In this document: piece after piece, positions 10,844 through 22,994 of the stretch
Numbering within the stretch: position 1 is the stretch's first letter
How the letters are laid out: each line of letters starts with the position of its first letter
NCBI GenBank assembly: GCA_017499595.2
Contig: CM039008.1
Span: 1,798,001 to 1,862,000, forward strand
DNA from: Psilocybe cubensis
Lineage: Eukaryota
DNA: 64,000 nucleotides
Direction of reading: 5' to 3'
Made by a program: the position numbers and the translations under genes
Notes under the pieces: generated by a model
The model's database searches: none
What the model was told of the DNA's origin: nothing
Seen by the model: only the letters and a program-made list of their open reading frames with translations

Positions 10844-13800
10844 CTCCCCGTCCCATCCCTCTGGCCGGATATCCTGCAGAAGATCAAAGCCGCCGGGTTC
10901 AACGCTATAAGCGTGTACACGCACATGGCGCAGATCAATCCCTCGCGAGGCGTGGTGGATTTCAGCGGACACCGTGCCCTCCAACCACTGTTCGACGCTG
11001 CAAAAGCGAGTGGGCTCTGGATCATCCTCCGTCCGGGTAAGCCATCCTGGATTTATACAAGACCCCGGGTTGAAGCATGTTGAAAGTGGGCTGAAATGGT
11101 TTTTTTTTTTGTTTTTTTTCAGGACCGGTACGTTTACTATGTTGTTAATACCATGCTTCGAAATTGAAGCACGAGTTGTTGATGTTGTTCTTCGGTACTT
11201 CAAACCTCAATTCTGATTCTAATCCGGTGTGCAGTATATCAATGCCGAGACGTCTGCGGGAGGCATTGCGCATTGGATCACGACGGAAATTGCTGGTCAA
11301 CCCCGCTCGAACGATACAGACTACCGTGCAGCGTGGCAAGATTACATCGCTGGTATAATCAAAGTCACAGCGCCGAACCAGATTTCGTCCGGGGGACCAG
11401 TCATAGGTACGCTTTTCCGCCTGCTTTCACGTTGAAATATCGAATAATTAGCTTCGTGACTCATTTTTAACCAGCGATCCAAGTCGGTACGTTATTGTTT
11501 ATACAAGAGATTTTTTGTTTTTTTTTTGAAAGCCATCTTCGTCAACTTGATATGTGTATGTTGCACAGACAACGAATTCTCGCAGGCTCCTGCATTCCAT
11601 GCTGCGTATTTTGCTGAACTCGAAGAGGTGTATCATAACTCGCCAATTGACGTCCCTCTCACCTACAATGACCCCGGAATGGGATCTAGCTTTATAAATG
11701 GAACTGTATGTCCCTCCCCCCTTTTGCTTTTCTCTGCCTTGGAAGGTAAATGTTAATTTTGTTTTGCTTTTAGGGTGCAGTTGACCTTTACGGGTGAGTG
11801 TCCGGTCATGTTTACTACTTTGCAGTTGTTTAATTTAATTATGATCCTATGAAGCTTTGATGAATACCCTCAACGATACGATTGTACCCATCAAACATGG
11901 AATCCGGCTCCGACTAACTATTACTCGTACCATATGCAGGTCAATCCTGCAAATCCGCAATTTATACCTGGTATTTTTGTTTTTTTTTCTCTTTTGTCGG
12001 TTTTGATGAATGTTAAAAGTTGATCTACACAGAATTTCAAAGCGGTGCGGGTGACTCATGGGGTCTTACATCTCCAGGTACTTCTCTTATTGAAAATCGT
12101 ATGCAAAGTCCGACGTAGCGTTTTATTTTAGGCTACGATGGCTGCAGGCTCTTAACAGGACCTGACTTCTTGTCAGTGTTTAATCAGGCATTGTGGGCAA
12201 GTAACGCCAAGATGATAAATTTTTATATGTTTTATGGGTATGAAAAGGCTTTCATTCTCTTGTCATTTGCTTATCTTTTTAGAGGAACTTCTTGGGGAGC
12301 TATTCCATATCCCGGCATTTACACCTCTTACGATTATGGAGCAACTGTGCGTTTGCACTCTACAATGTCTTTCTTGTACGCTCACAATTATTCTTGCATT
12401 GCAGATCACTGAATCAAGGCAGTTGACGACAAAATTTGATGAAATGAAACGACAGGGTCTCTTCCTACGTAGCACCCCAGATTTCTACAAAACAGATTGG
12501 ATAGCAGATACCAATAGTGGCATATCTGTTTCAAATAATCCTGCAGCGTATGTTACAGAGCTGAGGAATCCAGATACTCAATCAGGGTACTTCATTGTCC
12601 GTCAAGCCAACTCGTCTTCTCTGTGCGTTGTTTGATTCTTGTCTTGGAAATGAGCCAACTCAATATTCAATTATAGCGAAACCATTACATTGAAATTAAA
12701 TGTCACAACATCGGCTGGTGCCCTCCAAATCCCGCTCCAAAGTCCTGACATTACGATTGGAGGACGTCAATCAAAAGTTATAAATACGGATTATAAATTC
12801 GGATCTGCTTCAAAGGCTTTATACTCGACTGCTCAAGTACTTTTTGCAGGGATAATTGACGGCAGAGATATTCTCTTCCTTCATGGTGATACGAACCAGA
12901 CACATGAAATTGCGCTCGCTCTTACTGGCAACCCCAGCAAGCTGAAGGCGTCTCCTTTCGTAGAGCTATCCACCAAGGTGCCTGGTGTGCCTAGGGATAC
13001 CACTGTCATCACTTTCGGCCCCGGTATAACTGACCTCATTACCGTCTGGGACTCGGATACGCAACTGATTCTGTTTGCTGATTCCAACACGGCGGCAACA
13101 TTTTGGGCACCGGTGATCCCTGGGAATGCTGCCAATCCATTCAAAGCCTATTGGGGCATAGGAACCAATGAATCTGTGCTCGTTGGAGGTCCTTCCCTTG
13201 TTCGTGACGCCAGCATCTCTGGCACAACTTTGGCTCTGAGCGGCGATCTTGAGACTTCCGTTCAAATCCGTGTGGTCGCTCCTCGAAAAATCAAGACAAT
13301 AACGTGGAATGGTGCTAGAGTTGCGCTAGATCCTTCTTCTGCGGTTGCATCGACCGGCGGGCTCAGTGGCCAGTTGAAGCTCAGAACACCCCTGTCGGAC
13401 ATCAAGATACCTCAATTGACAGAATGGAAATTCCAAGATAGCTTACCAGAGATTCAGAAGGATTTCGATGACGATTCGTGGACTATTGCGAATCATACGA
13501 CAACAAATATTCCATATCCACCTTACTACAACGACGGCCGGATACTGTACGGTTGCGACTATGGATTGTAAGTGATCTTTTATGTGCTCTTCAGTAATCT
13601 GTAATGATATCTCCGATAGCTGTGAAAATGTTGTCCTATGGAGAGGGCACTTCAAGGCAACTGGACAAGAAAAGAGTCTGAATTTAACAGTCAACGGGGG
13701 GCAAAGTACGCATCACTATATCTCAACTCCAATTTTTCAGGAAACTGATTACCCTTTCAGATTTCGCTGCGAGTGTCTGGTTAAATGATGTGTTCTTGAA

Positions 13801-15764
13801 CAGTTACACTGTGTGAGTGCCTCCTTTAGTCGTCGGACCATAAGCATAAATTAAACCTAAACCAGTTCAAGTGCGGCTGAATTCAACCAGACGTTTGAAT
13901 TTCCGGACGGCGCACTATTGCCAAGAAAGGATAATGTTATAACCGTCATTCAGGTGCTTCCCAAAGTGCACCATGTATACCTTACCTTTAACATGTCCGC
14001 AAAATCTGCAGGATAACATGGGATTGGATGAAAATGGATACAATCGTAAGCCGTCGTTTGTTATTCAACCGTCTGCGACTGAAATTGCGGACAGCAAATG
14101 ATGTTCTCAAAAGCCCCCGAGGTATAAGAGGTTTCCAACTGGATAACGGAGGACAGTTCGAAGTCTGGAAGGTGCAAGGAAAGGTTGGCGGTTACAAAAA
14201 GTGCGTGAGGGTGATGCACGCTCAGACATGAATTGCTGATTACCAGTATCATCCAGCTTCCCTGACAAGACACGAGGTGCTTAAACGCTTAATTTGTCAT
14301 TCATTCCATGACATCTCACTTCCAAACCATAAGGCGTTCTAAACGAGGGTGGATTGTTTGGCGAACGCAGCGGCTGGCACCTGCCGTCATTCCCGATTTC
14401 GACCTGGGCAACACGGGCATTGTCCCAAGGCCTTCCAGATGGGGCCGGTGTAGGATTCTTTGTCACAACCTTCGATCTGAATATTCAAGGTGTGGATGCA
14501 ATGATATCCTTCACGTTCACGGAACCTTTGGGTCAAGCCTATCGAGCGTATTTGTTTGTAAATGGGTGGATGATGGGCAAACGAGTAGGCAACCTCGGGT
14601 CAGTTTGGACAGCAACTTTGCTATAAAACATACTAATATTCCGCGATTGTTAGTCCTCAAGCTAAATTTCCGGTTCACGAAGGAATTCTTAATTATCATG
14701 GACAAAAGTAGGTTTTTACGGGGAGTGTACGAAATCTTCTGTGTAACGTCTGACAACTCTCGCAGCACTGTGGCTGTTGCCTTGTGGTCCTTGACAAACC
14801 AGCCCATATCTCCAGAGCTTGAGCTTCACCTTGACTCGGTAGTTAAAGGTGGCGTAGGAAACGTCGTTACAAATAATCCGGTCTGGAATCCATTAGGACG
14901 AATCTACTAAATGGGATTACCATTCCTTCTCTATCCATTTGTCTCGAACAATGGAGCCGAAAGTCTGCTGCGGTTCGTTGGCTCTTTAATCATATATGTG
15001 ATGGACTTCAGAATCATAAAGTCATCACTGAAAATATTGTTTGAAACAGCCAAGCATGCTTTTAAAGTTACTTGGACTAAATCGTGCTTCTTGGGTAGGT
15101 CAGCACCCTAATTTCTTGATCAAAGATGTTTTCTTCGCCCAGTGCTAGCATCTCCAGTGATTCCATTATTTCCGCGTCTACAAATATAAATTCCCTTTAA
15201 TTGTTACATGGGATATAATATACACATTCCGGGGATTTATAAGAAACAGAAGTGTCTAAGTAGGCTTTTTGGGTGGCTCGTGTGTGCGTGTTATCTGTAT
15301 TCTTTACGACCGCATAGTAGCCTCGTAGCCTATACTTAAAAATATGACATATGACGGTAAACATAGATTTTTTGCCGGTACATGATTTATGAACAAGGAA
15401 ATTGTGAGTCGACTTCAAGGGCTTGTTGTTAGTTGTCACGTATAGTTAGGGAAATATTCGTAATGCAGTTTGGATAACGCGGCGATTTTATGCCAGAGTT
15501 TTGACAGAAGCACCGAGCGCTGATTAACCCATGTTGGAACGTGCTCTGACCCTGATGTAGAAAAGGCGCGACTTTAATGAAAATGTCTTTGTTTCAGGAA
15601 TTCGGAACACACGACTTTATCCTCAATTCTTTTACGTGTGAAACGCGTACAGCACTGCCTAGAGACTTGAATATCATAACATAAATCACAAATAAAGTGT
15701 GGGGTATATAATAGATAGTTTGTTCATTGCCGGATTTCCTTCAATCATCTGTAGATTTTTAACC

Positions 15765-17876
15765 ATGTCCGTCTCGACTAAGAAAGCACCTCATTTTCTA
15801 TTCTCTTCTTTTCCAGCCTGGGGTAACACGTCCATTGATTAGCTGTGGTTTACGATCTTTAACATCACATTCTCCAGGACATGTCAGATCCTTCTGCAAT
15901 CTTGCAGCACGCATTGTCAAGGATGATGACAAGGCATATGTGACTCTTGCACTGACGCCAACCTTGATCAATAGAGCCAAGGATGAAGTCGAAGTGGAGT
16001 TCAAGGGGAAGGAGCCCGAGAGCGTTATTCGACGCGTCAGGTCTGTTTTGAATTTTCCAGCATATTTCGAGGACCAGATCTAATTCAATGTTATCTTCGC
16101 TTCAGAATTGTATCTCTAATCCAATCCGACTCTCAAAACCCACTGGAGCTCTTTGAATCGCACGCAAAAGCCTTTCCTGCTGCTTATGCCGATTTGTTGC
16201 AAGGCAAATCTATCACCTGCAAAATGACAAACACCGAATTCGACGCTGCTCCGCCAATCAACATCGTCGTTCTAGATGTACGCATTTATTCCCTTCACCA
16301 TCCATAACCTCAATACATAGACTAACATTATCGTTCAAGACTATTGCCCAACCTCTGTTCCAAATAACGCGAGCCGTTTCCGGAAAATCAATTCCCATTG
16401 TCGGATGGATTACAGGTCACGTCTCTAGCTCTGTCCGTTACAATGGTTTGGAGCGTCTGGGAGGGTTAGGCGACCTCGGCGCTAAAATTGATGCTGAGGC
16501 TGCCCGTCGTGGGGTCTCCGCTAAGGAGATCGGAGACTCCGTATGTTCTTCTATCTTGCTTAGGCGCGCCTCAAGCTGCTCATGAGTCGGCTATTTTTAG
16601 CTATGGAATACTGGGAGCGGCGAAGTGGTCAAAGTGCCTGGACTCACAGATATGTACGATTGGGAATACTTCCCACAAAAGGTACAGCTATTCATATACC
16701 CGCCAGAGTGTCATAGCTGATGATAGTATTTTCATAGCTACCATTCGAGGTTACCTTGTCTGACTTCCTGAGACTTTCCTATGCGTAAGTGGTTTTTTTT
16801 TTACAAGTTATGCAGATCAATTAGATGAAAACTATCTTTTTGCAGAGGAATCAAGGATTCTGACGCGGCGTTTGTGACTTCTGCATATGCGTTTGAGCCT
16901 GAATCAATGGAAGCGCTCAAGTCTTGGTTCGAGGAGTGGAACAAAGATGTGTACATCATCGGACCACTCCTACCTTCCGGGTATGGTATCGAGAGAAATT
17001 TCCTTGAAAATTCTCTAGCTGAACACGGGCCTAACTCGGTCATGCTGGTGAGCTTCCACTTCGACACACGTTATCAGTTCACAAGTTGACGTCGAAATGA
17101 GATCTCGTTTGGAACTTTTTATTGGCCGGTTGTGCAAGAATACATCGAAGAGGTCATCGAGGTCTTAATTGAACAAAAGTTCCCTTTCGTGAGTTGCATA
17201 ATAAATAATTTTAGTATCCCTCGAGCCTTTCTGACACCCAACATATTTATTAGATCCTATGCTATGCCTCGCCTTTTGCCCAACTGTCAGATAACTTAAT
17301 TGAGAGAGCTGAAGCATCCGGATTTGGCTTGGTTTCTAAATGGGCCCCTCAGCAATTCATCCTGAACCACCCGGTAATATTTCAATTGTTCTACTGCTGC
17401 CAGTACACTTACATCAGTTCTTAAAACCAGGCCACCGGATGGTTTGTATCACACTGTGGTCATAACAGTGTCATGGAAAGTTTGGGAAGTGGAATGCCAA
17501 TGTGAGATCCCATCTTACGATGCCCAGGCTCTTGATACTAATACGCAATGACAGCATCGCGTGGCCTTTTCACGCAGACCAACCTATGGGCGCCGCCCAT
17601 ATCGAAGCAGATCTCAACGTCGGGATTGAATTAGTAGAGGTAAGGACGGGGGAGAAAGGTATGAAGCCATTGAAAAGACACGGGCGCCAAGCCAAAGGCT
17701 CGCGGGAAGCTGTGGGGACAGAATTCAGGCAAGTTATTGAGGACTGCAGAGGGGAGAAAGGCAAGGTCTGGCGCAAAAACGCACAGTCGATGAAGGCGAA
17801 ACTTGCAAAGGTGTGGCTGGATGGCGGCGATTCGAAGGAAGATTTCAAAGCCTTTTTGACAAAGTACGGGTTTTAA
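15765..17876 (+). CDS. UDP-glycosyltransferase (GT1 family), multi-exon
   Basis: N-terminal FPAWG|HVRSF. IGPLLP and SFGT motifs. PSPG-like box WAPQQFILNHP|ATGWFVSHCGHNSVMESLGSGMPM|IAWPFHADQ. TATATAA upstream near 15705. Confidence 0.9.
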
Positions 17877-17940
17877 ATGACTCGAGTCTACACAGGAAAG
17901 CAAGAGCAATTGTCAGAAAATGAAAAAAGAAAAGAATTAT

Positions 17941-18378
17941 CTAATGCATTCGGCTGATGTCGCGTTCGAATTTCTGTATAATAGATTTCCAAATCCTGCG
18001 GGACGTGATATCTGACTCGAAGCCATAAATCGACAAGCTCCTGAAGACCTTGTGCGTCATTCGTCGTATCAAAAGGCTGATGCAGCGATCATCGTGTCGC
18101 CGCCACTCCCGGTATCTTTCAATTTCTTCTTTACTGCTGTTGTTCGTTGGTGCTGGTGGTTGGGAAATTTTTGGATATATGGCTAACAAGCTGTCGGAGC
18201 CGTCAACGTGACCCCAGTACCCGGCAGCCTTGAGAGCGTATGAGACGTGGAGCTTCCACCATAGATAATTGCCGGAGTCTGTGAGCAACGGGACGTGGTC
18301 CAGAGCGATAGCGAAGTATTCATTTGAGGCTAGATAGTTTGCATGGTATTTGCGAACAACAGTCGATGTGCTCGCCAT
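17941..18378 (-). CDS. Solitary Ty1/copia gag N-terminal (UBN2/Retrotran_gag-like) domain protein, 145 aa
   Basis: VPLLTDSGNYLWWKLHVSYALKAAGYWGHVDG...WRRHDDRCISLL...RRIWKSIIQKFE resembles the copia gag N-terminal pattern. No zinc knuckle, pol or LTR seen nearby. Confidence 0.6.
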   Translation of the reverse strand: MASTSTVVRKYHANYLASNEYFAIALDHVPLLTDSGNYLWWKLHVSYALKAAGYWGHVDGSDSLLAIYPKISQPPAPTNNSSKEEIERYREWRRHDDRCISLLIRRMTHKVFRSLSIYGFESDITSRRIWKSIIQKFERDISRMH

Positions 18379-18978
18379 GGTGCTGAGAGGAGGGTAAGTT
18401 TTCAAGCGGTGAAGATCAGCATACTACCCACTGTACCTCAGTAAGAAGAGGGGAAAGTTGAGATGCGAAAAAAAGGGACTGGGGGTATATAAGGTTTTGA
18501 GGTGACAGCAAAGAAAATAGTAGAGATGTAACTGATTCTTCGAATTAAAAAAGAACCACGGGGCGTGCAAAGGGAGGATAATTGAGATGGCGGGCCTCGG
18601 ACCAGGGATTCGACACCAACACAGCAACGATCAGCCATTAGCAACTAATAAACACTTTGAAGGCAGTAGAACTCGAAAACTGAAGTTAAGTTTGAATGCA
18701 CAATTGCCACATTCGTTATGCATGGCATGCAATTCTGTCAACAGAAGACAGGAACATGGTCATGAAGTCAAAATGCTTCGTTCAGTACAAGTCACTGAAG
18801 AGACAGTCAATTAAATCACATGAATCCAATCGATGAGCATAAACAATCATTTTCAGGATGAGGATGGGTACGTCTAGCAATCCCACAAATTTCGGCGCAT
18901 CACCTCTCGTCAAGTCAATGGCCACATGCCCTCGCATCTGAATCTTCTCCTTCGCGTTTTGCACTCCCATTGACAATG

Positions 18979-21869
18979 TTAGAGCAGCTGTCCCTGAAAG
19001 AGCCATTTTGTCATTTTTCTTTCCTCACTCATGTAGTCAGAGAATGAGCGTTTGCGCGCATTCGGAAACGATCTTCCAAAATCAATGAGCCGGAAACTCG
19101 AACGCAGTTCATGCGCGCCATGGCCCTGGCGCTCACTCTGGCTTCTCCTGATCACAGGATGCTCGCTCAAAGGGCCGGGCTGACGTACAATATTTCTTTT
19201 GAAGATGGAGTTGTGGATCCATCCCACTGCATGCATCCGAATAAATAGCGAGGCGCACTCGTTTCTAGAACAAACAAAAGTCTTCCAGCGTTGCTTTTTT
19301 TAAAAAGCCAGGTTCAATAGTGCTCACCGGTCATCCACAGTCATTTCGTCTGGATTGATGGGCGTGCCACAGTCTTCGAGCAACAAAATAGAACTCAGAT
19401 GCTCCCTCTTACCCTTCAAATTTTTGTTGTTCTCGTCTCTCCAGTCCGCTTGGTAGTACCCATAAAACTGCGGTACCACTGCACCTGACGGCACTGGGCT
19501 GTCGTACAAATCCCCAGCGTAATCCCGCCCAAGCCAAGTGTACCCCGTTCGATGCTCAAAAAAATGCTTTGGGAATTCTTGGTAGTTCAATGCCTCTGTT
19601 GGCATATGATCTTCACTGTCGTCGTTGCTGGACAATTTCGCGGCAACACTGACTCTAGCTGTCAATGGGTGGATGCTCTCGCTCCGCGTTCGCAGGTGCT
19701 CGCAATACGGCGCCCTCTCAAGATTCTGATATCCTACCGTCGTCTGAACAGCGCGATACGGGCCTTCGTATGCGACGTGAACATCGGGGCCCCGGGTTTG
19801 TTCATCCGTTACAGGAAAATCACGACTATCACCCCATTCACACATGGCATCCTCAGATCCAAACATCACCTCCCTCCGCTTCGCATCTTTCACCTTCAAT
19901 ACATACCTACCAGCAGTCTGATCATCCCACTTCGGGTCTCTTTTCTCCCCATCTCTCCCATCCTCCTCTTCTAAAATGCGTTTCACGTCTTCACGCACAC
20001 AATCCTCGCAAATCACATCTTCAACCAGCATCGAGCGCGGAACCTCAAGCTCGGCGCGGTACACATACGAATGGTGGCCCGAACCCATCTTCTCCGAAGG
20101 CGCGAGATACAAATGCGCATCCTTCGGGGCGACTTTCTGTGGCCGCGTAGGGAACACAACGTACACCGGCGGCTTCGCAGGCCCAGTCCCATCACCCTCA
20201 TCCTCTACGAACCGCCGAGGCTCATAGAACATCCCCGCAGGCATCGGCATCCCCGACCTCGGGCACGCGAGGAACTCGGCGCGGCGCGCCTCCTCCATGT
20301 CCAACTCCTCTTTCTCCTCGTCCAGATCGCTGTCGTACCGCGGGCGGCGGTCGAGGCTGAGATTAAACACGCGCACAATGTCGTCCTTCTGCACGAACGG
20401 CACGGTGAACTGGTCGTCTGTGGTGCAGGGCATACCAGAGAGCACCTCCCACGGGTCATGCACGATGAGCTTTGCAGGGAGCAGGTGCTGCGGTATATAC
20501 TGCTGCAGCGTTGGCACGTGCACCCAGCTTGTGAGGTCGTATTCGGGTTGCCTGGAGTGCTCCTTGAAAGGCTCGAGTGGCCATGGATGCGGGAACGCAC
20601 GCGGACTGAACACGGACTCTGGAGGCCACTATGTAAACAGTAAGCATTTTGTTATTATTGTACATGTATGGTTCATTGAAAAACAGAATTTACCTGTTCA
20701 TCTACCTCCCAGGACGCTCTCGGCCTCTTCCTGTCCCGTTCGCCTTCTTCAAATCCACTATCGTTAAAATCATCAAAGGTCCTCTTGGCCCACGACGCCC
20801 CGCCCGGCACACTCTGCGCAGTCCACGCTTCACCAGCCCGCAAGAGCTTTGCAACGCTATACGCCGGGACAATCTCCGGGCCCTCTTCCTCCGTCTCCGC
20901 AATACACAGAATCCGCCTCAAACGCTCGTGCCGTACGTCGGTTCTGATCACCGGCGAGTACCGCGCGCGAAGTATGCTGGACGTGACCACCCTAGATGGC
21001 ACCAATATTTCGCATCTCCTGGGGCCTTGACACGGTTCATTATTTGACGTGTTGGGAGAGGGTGGCCATGAATCCGATTGTACAGTGGGTGCTTTGTCCA
21101 ATGCCGCGACACGGTAGAAGTCTGCTAGCGTTGCTCCCCACATGACATTCCCGTAATGGCCGCTGATAGAGCCCAATGCACCGATCCGTTTACCAATCGG
21201 ATACCGCACACACCTTTCGTACTTGAAGTCAGATTCATCCTTCCCATCATCCTCGAGCTCGTAGTGCGTGTTGAACACAATGCGCCAGGGCGTGGTTAAC
21301 GAGTCGATGGTGTTTGTTATGGATATCATAGTTTTAGAATCTGTGGCGGATTTGGTCAGTATCACTCATCCGAATCATCATCGTACATCCCACTCGCCCC
21401 GCAGATTGCGCTCAATAAGCGGGAGCATGTAATCCCAATGCGTTTTCTTTATTGGCTTCGGTTTTGTCTGGGGCTGTAACGGCACCGGCTGTTGTGGGGA
21501 GGAAGAGTTCGTGCTCTCATTTTGGTCCTTGCCGTCTATGCCTAGGCGCTCATCCGCATGATGATGATCAGCGTCATCAAGCTTATCGATACCCATATCC
21601 ATCGCGATCGCGTTCGTGCTTGAAGGAATTGGGAGGGAACTCGAGGCAGGTGTAGCAATGGTACAAGAAGCATCATCGGCGATTAATGCGCTATGTCGGT
21701 TCCCAGTGGCAACCTCGGGTGGAGGGATCTTTTCCTCTGACTCGGCTGCAGCAACAGTAGCAGTGGCAGGAGCAATTGCAGTCGCTTTCAAGTCGAGGTG
21801 CATCGCGTCGATAGGAATGTGGCCAGTAGAATCTGCGCATATTGCGTCTGTGTCTATGTTGATTTTCAT
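18979..21869 (-). CDS. Fungal protein-kinase-like (PKL) protein, multi-exon; start uncertain
   Basis: MGSGHHSYVYRAEL (Gly loop), VAAKLS, VVPQFYGYY, ILLLEDCG, HAVGWIHNSIFKRNIV, FRLIDFGRS, spread over ORFs 19324-20613 and 18979-19236. Upstream exons in 20673-21365 and 21378-21869. Confidence 0.7.
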
Positions 21870-22994
21870 GTCAATTCGGCCTGAGCGTCGGAGTCGGAGT
21901 CGGAGCTGAATTCGGAGGTACAAAGTTGAGTTGGAATCGACTCGAGGGGCGTGAAACACATCCAGGTCTTCCGTAACAGAGGTGCGAGTGTTGATATAGA
22001 CGATGCGTATTTGATGCGTGTACTTTCAGATTCGGGTCTTATTCATGTTTCTAATTTGTGTTTGGTTGAGGTTTCAACAGTCCACCTCAAACCTTGTTAA
22101 TGAGGAAAGGAGAAAAGGAAAAGGAGACAAGGCCAAAGGAGAAACACACCTTAGAAAATGGATCAGTGCATCAATTACTCCACTTACAAAAACACTCAAA
22201 GATAATATTCAATCTAATAGAAAAACATGTAGATATATATTAATAAAGAGTAAAAACAAGAACTTCAAACAAGAACTAATGTCTGTTTGCTGTATTCGGC
22301 TCCACAATTCAATAATTGTGAAATCAAGTATAGCAGCAAAGAGATAAAAAGTCCTCGAAAGAAGAGGATCCCCCGACGACACAAGCCGGTAGTGCAGCAG
22401 CAAGGTCATCGCGTCCAAGGGGTGCAAGCAGAGCCCGAGGAGCTGGGGCGGCAAAAATAAGATAACCAAGAATGGAGCCGGTGGCTCCATAATAGTGGTT
22501 AAACTATTAAGAACAGATACTACACTTGATCTAAGCCAAAAGGCCAGAGTGGTAAGAATTCAAAATGTTCGCACGTCCGTTATATAGTAGCGGGATGTGC
22601 ACGGACCAAGGGCGCTTTCACGTGATTATGTAGACGCATTGTTTGCTTGAGGGCGCTCCACCGTCGGGGTCGGGATGCGGAACTTTTATGGGATACAGTT
22701 TTTTCATCGAACACTGATAACAAGAAAGGGCATCTAGTTCCTTGAATTGTACCATATTTAGGTACCTAAATAAAAAATTAAATTTGCGTAGGGCTGTCTT
22801 TGAATGCTAGTATGTAAAGGAAGGGATGGCGAGGTGAAGTCCAATGTTACCACTTGTACGCCGTAAAGAATGTACGCGGGAGATATACCTCCACACACTA
22901 TGCAAAATCCACTAAATATGTGAACAGATAGTTTTTACTTAAATACTTAAATATCGTCCTTTAAATGCCCGAGCGAATGGCCATAAAAATGCTT

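Larger units (their letters stand above)
3274..14910 (+). pseudogene. Secreted GH35 beta-galactosidase, multi-exon, interrupted in exon 2 by a 7.2-kb transposon
   Basis: N-terminal hydrophobic signal, then VQWDQYSLFVKGQRVFI|YSGEFHTYRLP (3606-3636). The frame resumes at 10850 with VPSLWPDILQKIKAAGFNAISVY. Spliced motifs LRPGPYINAE, AIQVDNEF, EFQSG, GTSWG..YTSYDYGA; C-terminal beta domains end NPVWNPLGRIY* at 14910. Read-through into the left TIR hits TGA at 3652-3654. Confidence 0.92.
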
